A stretch of 64,000 bases of DNA from Polymyxa betae A26-41 (taxonomy: Eukaryota; Protista; Endomyxa: Phytomyxea), in assembly GCA_003693705.1 (NCBI GenBank), contig RBZT01000499.1:186001-250000 (forward strand), given 5' to 3'. Position numbers and translations under genes: made by a program. Below the pieces are notes generated by a model, which saw nothing but the letters and a program-made list of their open reading frames with translations, was not told the origin of the DNA and did no database searches. Shown one piece after another: positions 54,008 through 64,000 of this stretch (its first letter is position 1; each line of letters begins with the position of its first letter).

Positions 54008-55021
54008 ATGACAAATTCTTACCCAACTGTTCCTGGCATGGCCGATGGGGCACACCCCTTCGTCAACGACGACTGCTGCATGACCAATGACCATTACCAA
54101 CTGCCTACCAACGGGTTCTGCCTGCCTAACGCTTTAACGAGCTGGCCCCAGATTCGCGAACGTCTCGATAAAAAGCGCCTCGCTATCTTTCTCGACTGTA
54201 AGCTTGGATTATCTTTGTTGCTGCAAGCTTTCTGATCGATATTCACAGATGATGGGACGCTCTCGCCTCACGTTCCTGATCCAGAAAAGGCCATCATTAG
54301 TGACGAGATGAGAGCGGTGCTGAAGAAGCTCTCTGAGCTGTATACGGTTTCAATTATCACTGGCCGTCCAATGAAAACCATTCGTCGTTTCTTAGATGGC
54401 ATGGACAATATGTTCTATGCTGCAAGTCATGGCTTGGATATCACTTTCGACAGCGAAGACAGCGAACGTCATATCGTTGCAGATGATCACATTCCTTATC
54501 TAGAGGCTGCCTATGACGAACTGAGAGCTGTGATTGGCCGTATTCCAGGATGTATACTGGAGAATAATGACCTGTCAGTTTCGGTTCATTATCGCAATGT
54601 TGAAAGTGAAGCGGATAAAGAGAAGATGCATGAAGCTGTGACGAAGGTCTTGGCCGAATACAGATCTCATATTAACATAATCTATGGCGAAAAGGTTCGC
54701 TTTTTCATATAGGATATTAATGTTTGACATTGATTCGATTAGGTCTGGGAGCTTCGACCGAACAAGGACTGGGACAAAGGCAAAGCAGTCGAGTACATCT
54801 TGAGCTTAAAGTTCCAAGACACGCCAACCATTGCTGTCTACCTTGGCGATGATACCACCGACGAGGACGCCTTCAAGGTCGTTCGTCAGCTCGAAGGCAT
54901 CTCCGTTCTTGTCAATAAGCAGAAGAAAGCTACAGCGGCCGAGTTCGTCGTCGCCGACCCGACTGATGTCCAAAAGTTCCTGAACTTGTTGACCGAGACC
55001 GCGTCGTCCCTTCAATACTGA
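54008..55021 (+). CDS. TPP: Trehalose-6-phosphate phosphatase (stand-alone HAD)
   Basis: AIFLDYDGTLSP (spliced), SIITGR, YAASHGLDI, SVHYRNV, ELRPNKDWDKGKAV, YLGDDTTDEDAF. Confidence 0.92.
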
Positions 55022-55368
55022 TGGAGGGAGTATGGTTGTTGGTTCATTGTTTCCAAAGCTCCGAAACCAGCAAAAGACTCGGAAATTATTGTTATATATT
55101 AAGCACAATCTAATGTTGAATTGCAATCTATTGTTCGATCTGATTAAATTACAAAGTCGTTGCATAGAATTCTGGTACATCATGTTCATTTCTTCCATCA
55201 TCTTGCCAGATTTGCTGATCAATCTGATTGCGCAGTTTCAGGAATCGTTCGCCTGAGGGGAGAGCTGGTGGCCGTCGTTCTGCCCAGCAGATCTTCGCCG
55301 TCATTCGTGATCGGCTCCGTCCTCAAGGTACGGCCGCCAGCTGTCAAACCCATCACCCTTCCGGTTTC

Positions 55369-56745
55369 ATGTCCAGCTCTTCTGATCTGGAGTCCCAAGA
55401 GAATGACCATATCGATGGCATCCTTCAGTCCCTCCGGCGCCTTTTAATCCAGAAACGGCCCCGGGACCCATTACTTTACATTCATCAGGCTGTCGAAGAA
55501 CGAATGGAACAACGTGACAGCCGAGTCTTAAGCGGGTCTAATGTGAATCTAACGCCAATAGGCGGGTTAACTCGTGATTGGACGAGATGCGGTCGTGTCG
55601 CGATGCTCGGCATCGATGTCGGCGGCTCGCTGAGTAAAATCACGTTCTTCGAGCGCGACGACATGGCGTCGACCGTTGAGGCTCAGTTTGTGAAGAGCTC
55701 TGAGCGCTACGGGACGACTGGCGTCCGAGATATGGCGCTGTCCTTAAAATGGCAGGATGGGACGTTTCATTTCATGACGTTCGAGACGAGAAGAATGGAA
55801 GGCGCCATCGAAATGATGCGCCGCAACAAGCTGCTTCGAAACGATGAGATCCTGCTCGCGACTGGCGGCGGCGCCTACAAATTCAGCGAAACAATCCGGA
55901 CCAAGCTGGGCCTTCGTGTCGTTAAAGGAGACGAACTGCACTGCCTTCTATGGGGGCTGAATTTCATTCTGCAGCACACCTCAGATGAATGCTATTATCT
56001 GGCTAATCCGGGAGATCCTGCCTCGGACGACATTCCATTCTCAACGACCAACGGATCAGCATTCCCGTATCTGTTGGTGAACATCGGCAGCGGCGTCAGC
56101 ATCCTGAAAGTCGACAGCGATAACTCGTTCCAACGTGTGTCGGGAACGATGATGGGCGGCGGGACGTTCTGGGGGCTGTGTCGCCTTCTCACCGATTGTC
56201 AGACGTTTGAGGAAGCCGTCGAATTGGCGGTCCAAGGCAAACCCGATAAACTCAACATGCTTGTCGGCGACATATACGGCGGCGACTACGAAGCGTTCGG
56301 GTTGCGAGCCCAAACTGTCGCCAGCGCTTTTGGAAACGTCGGCGTCAACGATGAAGTCAGGAAGACAGCGTCGCAGGCTGATATCGCCCGCGGCTTACTG
56401 GATATGATCGCCCAGAATATCGCTCAGCTGGCGTATTTATGTGCCAGGAAGTATAATCTGACCAGGATTATCTTCGCCGGCAACTTTCTCAGGAAGAACC
56501 GCCTGTCAATGAGCTCGATCTCGTTCTCGATCGACTACTGGTCGAACGGTGTGCAGAAGGCGCTCTTTCTGAAACACGAAGGGTACTTCGGGTCGACCGG
56601 CGCCTTTTTCATGTCCGAGACGGAAGCTCTCAGCGATCAGGTGAATTGCGACCTGTTAGACAACGACTCATTTAGGAGTTGTGACATTCCTTCTGTCTTT
56701 CAAAGGGACGCAACCAGGCCTGAGGCCCATAGCAATACTAACTAA
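55369..56745 (+). CDS. PANK: Type II (fumble) pantothenate kinase with N-terminal Dpy-30/RIIa-like motif
   Basis: GIDVGGSLSK, ATGGGAYKF, DELHCL, PYLLVNIGSGVS, GGGTFWGL, LVGDIYG, FLKHEGYFG. Confidence 0.93.
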   Translation: MSSSSDLESQENDHIDGILQSLRRLLIQKRPRDPLLYIHQAVEERMEQRDSRVLSGSNVNLTPIGGLTRDWTRCGRVAMLGIDVGGSLSKITFFERDDMASTVEAQFVKSSERYGTTGVRDMALSLKWQDGTFHFMTFETRRMEGAIEMMRRNKLLRNDEILLATGGGAYKFSETIRTKLGLRVVKGDELHCLLWGLNFILQHTSDECYYLANPGDPASDDIPFSTTNGSAFPYLLVNIGSGVSILKVDSDNSFQRVSGTMMGGGTFWGLCRLLTDCQTFEEAVELAVQGKPDKLNMLVGDIYGGDYEAFGLRAQTVASAFGNVGVNDEVRKTASQADIARGLLDMIAQNIAQLAYLCARKYNLTRIIFAGNFLRKNRLSMSSISFSIDYWSNGVQKALFLKHEGYFGSTGAFFMSETEALSDQVNCDLLDNDSFRSCDIPSVFQRDATRPEAHSNTN

Positions 56746-56882
56746 TAATGAATCATCCAAGCGAATGTTTGACATTGTTTCTCGTGACAACCCACGACCT
56801 CCTCTGAACAATAGCTCTTAATTGCCCTTGTAATTGCACTGTGAAACTTTAGTCGATGTATAATTAACAACGCTGGATGATG

Positions 56883-58275
56883 TTAAGCGCGAGGAGGCGA
56901 CCTCCTTCGCTTCTTGCCAGCCTGTTCAGCCAACGGATCCGTTAGGATATACTCGTAGTTCTGGACATCGACCGCCATCGGGTCGAAATCCTGCGGTCGT
57001 TTGGTAAACGCCAAGGAATGCTTCAGCCATTCCTGGTTGTTTTCATCCTCCTCAGCGACGGCTTCGACCGGAATCGGTTTCGGTTTCTCCGCCTGCGATT
57101 GCAAAGTGCTTTTGAACGATTCCAGTTTCTGAAGGGTTTCTTCTTCGCGTTGCTTCCTGCTGGTCGTCCTCTTCTTTAGAAACGCTTGTCTTCGTTGCTC
57201 TAGCGGCGTCAGAACGCTGTTCTTATCGTCGTCTAGGCGTTTCTTCTCCACATGGAATGCTCTCGATTTCAACGATTTCAACTGTGCTCGTAGTCTCGAT
57301 AGCTCGGCCTCGTCATGGTTCTCCTCAGAGTCGAGCGTTGGTTGCGATGGCGGTGGCTTGGCGACAGACACGGGAGCATCAGCAGGAGGCGAACGACGAC
57401 GCTCTTCAAGCGCCTCTTTCAGTTTCGGTTTCGAGACTGAACGGTCGCCTTCCGACACCGCGACGTTCTTTGAAAGGTGAGGGTCGTCATCCGCTAAATC
57501 ATGCGAACTCGCCATCGCAATCTGCAACCCGTCTTGCTCGGCTTGGTCGTCATCGGCAAACGACAAAAGCGTGACATTCTTCTTTTTCTTTTTCTGAGCG
57601 ACCTGCACTGGGGCCGGTTTCTTCTTCTCACGCGGGACGATATCATCAAATGGCGAAAGCAGAATATCGACGGAGAGAATTTTGGGTGGGTTCTCAGGGC
57701 GGTCATCGGCGCTGACCTCAAGCTCTTGCATCGATAGCAGATTGAAGATCGTATCACCCGTCACCTTCCCGAAGATCGTATGCTTGCCGTTGAGCCATTC
57801 GCAGGCGTCGAACGTGCAGAAAAACTGGCTACCATTCTCGTCGCGAGTGTTAGCTGGCGTCGCCATAGCGATGATTCTACACGAAACTGTCAATTTCGAT
57901 TTCGAACAGGAATCACAAAAGCAAACGCGGTTAGAAGTCGAAACAAGAGCATTGTAAACGTCACGATACGAACAACGTTATTCACCCTCGATGACTAAAT
58001 CTTAATCTGGAATGCGCTTCGGTTTTAAAAGGCGTCCCATAGATAGATTCACCACCGGTTCCTGTTCCGGTTGGATCACCGCCCTGGGCCATGAACCCTT
58101 TGATGATCCTGTGGAAGATGGTCCCATCATAATAACCCTCCATACAGAGCTGGACGAAGTTCCGGACGGCCTTTGGCGCCTGCTGTGGCCATAGCTCGAT
58201 ATCGATGGCGCCAACTGACGTTTGCAGAACAACCTTTCCATGCGTCGGTGGCTCCAATGCATATATCGACGACAT
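56883..58275 (-). CDS. CWC27: Spliceosomal cyclophilin CWC27
   Basis: MSSIYALEPPTHGKV...RNFVQLCMEGYYDGTIFHR...QGGDPTGTG; NGSQFF; PFDDIVPR; charged C-tail. Confidence 0.92.
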
Positions 58276-58733
58276 CGAATCGCAAAAAGGCGAAAAATTG
58301 CGTCTTCTCTTCGAAAAGCTCCAATAAATTCCAGAATCCAGATCTCACTAGTTTCGAGCCATTTGAACTTCACTGGTTCACTATCAAGCGCAATAAAACT
58401 TTATCAGATGATAACAGACTGTTCTAGCCTGCATCGGCTGACTGGATTCGAACGAATCATGTCCAAGAGCATAATTCAGCCTAGTAAGGACAGGTTCTGC
58501 GCGTTGATATCCTTAGTTCAGCTGAGATTCAATCCTGGTGAAAGCAGAAGATATTCGCTAATCGAAATCGGTTTTCAAGAAATTTTAGCAAATTCAAGTA
58601 ATCACAAGATCTGCGCCACGTTGAATGAAGGAATTGCGCTGTAAACGACGATTCTGCGCAACCTAGATTGACGATTTTGCGAAGTCGATAATCTGAGAGG
58701 GGGTTGCTCCAGTAACTCTTCTCTGTTGTCTGA

Positions 58734-60372
<1,639 letters not shown>

Positions 60373-60402
60373 ACTGTCTGATCCACATAAAGAAGCGATT
60401 GT

Positions 60403-61590
60403 TCAAAAGTCGAGTGTTTTAGGAAGTGCACCACCAGAACATGGTGTTGATGATGGTGCTGGCTCTTCTTGAGCAGATTCGTCGACCGGCAAGGAAGGCC
60501 GTTCAATAACCACTTCTGATTTCTTGACTTTAAATAAGAACTCGTTCGATTCGGGTCGATTTGTCTTCAAATGGCTTACTGCCAGTTTGTCCATTCTAAT
60601 CATACCGTCGTACTCGCCATAGACCGAACTCCTTCCTGTAAAGCTGTGTAGATTCAAGACATAGTCGAATAGATGTTCAAATCGGCTGATATCATTAGCG
60701 CCCAAAATTTGAACGGGCATGGCGACCATGAAGACAGAAAATGTCGATCTGGCGAGACGCCTAAGCTGATGCAGAAAACGCACCAAAGGTCGCAGTGAAG
60801 CAGCAGGATCATAGCCGAGATAAGGGGAAATGATAGACTCTAAGGCAATACGACCGATGTTGAATGGCGAATCTCCATCACTAAAAAATTCCTCAGAAAG
60901 AGTTCGTCTTACGAAGTGTTCTCCAAACACACCATCGTTTCGACTTCAGTTGCTTTGCAATTGAAGAAAGGAGATCATCGTAGTATTCATCGGTGGCCGA
61001 AGGGAATCTAGAAAAACATCGAAGCGCGATATCAAACGGGGAATTTTGGTTTAACATCTCGCTTGCCATCGGTTTGCTCAAATTGAAATTTAACGGCGTC
61101 ACGGGTGAGGTATTCGATTGCTTTTGCAAGCTATTATATCTCCAAGAAATTTTGAATTGTTGTGATTTGGCAGATTTAGATTCAGTCCTAGAGCTTTTTC
61201 CAACGACAAGCGGTAAGGTATCATTGGCAATCAAATTTGTCGGTGAGCATGTTACCACACAATGCCCTGCATGATTGGTCACAAGATGCAACGACAATAG
61301 TGACACAGCAGACCTCTAGCGATGCCTTCTGCAACAAAAGCGCGGAGAAGAGTTAAATAGTTCGATGTTGGTTCATCGTGCTTGAGCAGAATGAGCGATT
61401 TGACCTATTACCAGAGTTGAAAACCGGGATTTCTGAGAAGAAGTAGGACTACAGGAATGCCACCACCAAATGCGTCATCTAGTCCAGAAATGCCTGAAGA
61501 TGTAAGATAAACGCCACCAAGCCACCTTCTAACCCCAGGAATATTCACCGTTGATGATTCAGCACCTGGCAGGTTTCGTCGGAAAGACAT
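60403..61590 (-). CDS. ELP4: Elongator complex subunit 4
   Basis: MSFRR..., TSSGISGLDDAFGGGIP, KISWRY, FLFKVKK...VIERPSLP, C-terminal CSGG...LDF. Confidence 0.85.
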
Positions 61591-61756
61591 TTTGACCGAA
61601 GAGCGAAACACGCATTTTCAGCTCGACTTTCTATAAAATCACGAAAAAAATTTATCAATTCTATTGGATCCAGGTTTCCCTTTCGCTATTCAAACAAAAG
61701 AATCGGCTATGGTCGCTTGTACTTCAAGAGCATTTATTGGACGCAGCTAAGTAACT

Positions 61757-63246
61757 TTAACTTAACCGATCTGAAGAATAAATTGCCAAAAGCTTGGATT
61801 GTATGAAGGTCGCCACGAAATCGAACTCGACTTCGTTTAATGATTCGAGGTCCGCTTTAACATTACTTTCAATCATATCGACTACCGCCTGACGATTATG
61901 CTCAATATTTATATACTGGCATTGTATAAAGGCTTACTTGAAAGTAATCAGGCCTTTGTGCAACAAACGGAATCTGGAGTATTCCTCGCGCCACTAAACA
62001 GAATTTTTACCTCTCATAAACCTAGAGTGTTCCCATTTTACCAGAAATATCTCTTGTCGTCAGCGGCTTCAAGCATGACTCGCTGAGTTGAAGACGAAGT
62101 ATATCGCTCCAAAACAGGCCTAGATTTGTCAATTCCACTCAAATATTGTTTTTTTAAGTACCAATATAATGGATATTGCTCGTATATAATGAAGTGTCCC
62201 AAGTTCCAGACTGAGCCCCAATTGTGTAATTTAAGAATATGGACGTGCCTGCGTAATTTAGGATTTAGGGTGAACGCATCAAAACTGCACTGAGTACTAC
62301 CAAAAGGATTATAATCAAACAATCCATACGCTGGCAGCTGCAGTTTCTCTTGAAGTTCTTTCACAAATCTTCTTGTCAGCAAACAAGGAACCCCCTTTCC
62401 GGTTACTAAAACAGCTTGTATCCGATGATGCAGTTGTTGAGCTGCAAGCCGAGAAAACACTGCTTCTGGTATAGGATGAGAACCAAATACTACAGATGAC
62501 AATCTGCTCGTACCTTTCTCGACTACAATTATCATCTGGGCCGAGGAATGCATCTCAACGCCTTCTTGAACCATTCCAGATGTTATTAGCTGAGGCTGGC
62601 TGCTGCAATCGACACAGATTCCATCCGCCTAAACGGAAGTTTTACAATGGTCAAACAGACGATTCTTAGCATCCACCTGAACCACAACCAGGTTCCCGAA
62701 AACTTGACCTTTCGGGGATCCTTCAATGAATAGCTGATGTCGCTGTATGCATAATATTTGGCAAATATCTGCAGACGTTCAAAAATGGTGTTTGGTCACG
62801 CAATTGCAATACAACCTTTTAATACTTCAGTCACCTGTTTGGGCGCGTCGAACTCTGGCAAGTTGTAATACAGCTCACGAACTGTAATGATCGACTCATA
62901 TTTTAAAGGGTTGTTATAAATATATGCCAAACAGCTCCAAACTGTCACAGTGATAACAAGACACATTCTTCTCAGTTAGATTCAACATACGCCTAGCATG
63001 GTATTGCAGCGTGTTCAGAGTTAATTGCACATATTTAACAGGGCCTGCAGCACCTACGCCCTTGCCTCGTTTCGAGCGGCGTCTCTGTGAGAAAATGTTA
63101 CTCATATTCTTAACATCTGGCCCCACTACCATTTGAATCGTGCATTGATTGCACGTCAGCTGCTCGACATACAGACGCCGGAGATGGCAGATTCGTAAAC
63201 GAACTTGATCGTGATCGGTATGAAGAAGGGATTCATAAATCGCCAT
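61757..63246 (-). CDS. SPO11: Meiotic topoisomerase-like SPO11 (SPO11-2-like), multi-exon; start approximate
   Basis: Catalytic TVRELYY, PKGQVFG, IVVEKEAVFSRL, VTGKGVPC..TRRF, LFDYNPFG, KADLESL. Confidence 0.88.
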
Positions 63247-63658
63247 GATCTTATGTGAATGACAGAATAAAGGAGAAGCCTTCCCACATGTGCAAACGTT
63301 ACATTCCATGTCATTCCTGCGCTGTCAAGACCAACAAAGTAGCAGAATCCACAATAAACCCTACAGCTTTTGAATCCATTGCACTTTAGTTGAGACTGTT
63401 CAACAGCCCTTCTCGCAGGTTTGGTTTGAAGTAGGTTCCTGATGGGGCAATGCAACGTCTGTCGTTGCGAGTTTCTCTTTTAAGCTGTTTGGCTTGAATG
63501 TAGTTGTCTAGGTAGTCTGTTGAACGGACTCAACGACGCTGTTACCACCAACACAAGGTTTTCCTTGACAATGTGTCAGAGCAATGGAGAAGGATTAAAG
63601 TGGTTCGATTTTTGAACGAATAATTTACAATGTATTAACAGCTGAATTAAGGATATCT

Positions 63659-64000
63659 CTAAAACCATCCCCTCTTTTGACTCTCAGCAAGCAACTTGGC
63701 GTTAGCAACGAAATCGGCGGCTGCTGAAGTTAGCCTTTCGCTTTTTTCAGCAGTTTCTTTCACTTTTTCAAGATTATCTCTTGCCTTGGAGGTCATTTCC
63801 GATATCGGATTCGTTTCGGTTTCAATCCTTGACTCCGGTAATGTCTCGTGAGCAATACGCCCCTCGCTGAACAGCTCAGCCACCGATGATCGCTTTATAA
63901 CTTTGGCGATGGATGACAAGAACCCAATGCTATTTCGGCGGTTTCCAGATTGATTTTCACGATCAATTGGGGCAACCATAGGAGCTTGGATTTTCCTCAA
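63659..64000 (-). CDS. C-terminus of tomosyn/STXBP5(Lgl)-like protein (R-SNARE-like coil); 5' part outside window
   Basis: SKARDNLEKVKETAEKSERLTSAAADFVANAKLL...RGWF resembles the tomosyn C-terminal SNARE-like motif. Confidence 0.5.
   Translation of the reverse strand: MRKIQAPMVAPIDRENQSGNRRNSIGFLSSIAKVIKRSSVAELFSEGRIAHETLPESRIETETNPISEMTSKARDNLEKVKETAEKSERLTSAAADFVANAKLLAESQKRGWF

Overview
This is gene-dense eukaryotic genomic DNA with many short (~40-60 nt) GT-AG introns. A compact protist genome is my best guess, possibly a plasmodiophorid/Phytomyxea-like flagellated parasite; this is inference and was not verified. Both flanks (1-17 kb and 37-64 kb) carry mostly single-copy housekeeping genes: a CNH/Vps39-like gene, an LRR-coiled-coil protein, NCBP1, an acetyl-CoA transporter, VPS10/sortilin, mucolipin, HAUS3, a FYVE protein, H2A, a VOC protein, UMPS, CCDC25, a BAR-like protein, a CDKL kinase, trehalose-6-P phosphatase, PanK, CWC27, RUVBL1, ELP4, SPO11 and a tomosyn-like 3' end. 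The centre (about 16.7-36.3 kb) is a dynamic accessory block. It holds a ~2 kb tandem duplication with two CAP59/GT69-like genes, followed by a co-oriented tandem array of about 10 units (6 intact-looking, 1 with an early nonsense codon, 1 pseudogene, 2 orphan last exons). The array encodes proteins with TWO Zn(II)2Cys6 clusters plus a C-terminal PAS-like domain. It also shows paralog-specific intron insertions, a MITE-like inverted-repeat element and a possible decayed TnpB/Fanzor-like fragment. Gene boundaries were read by eye and are approximate.
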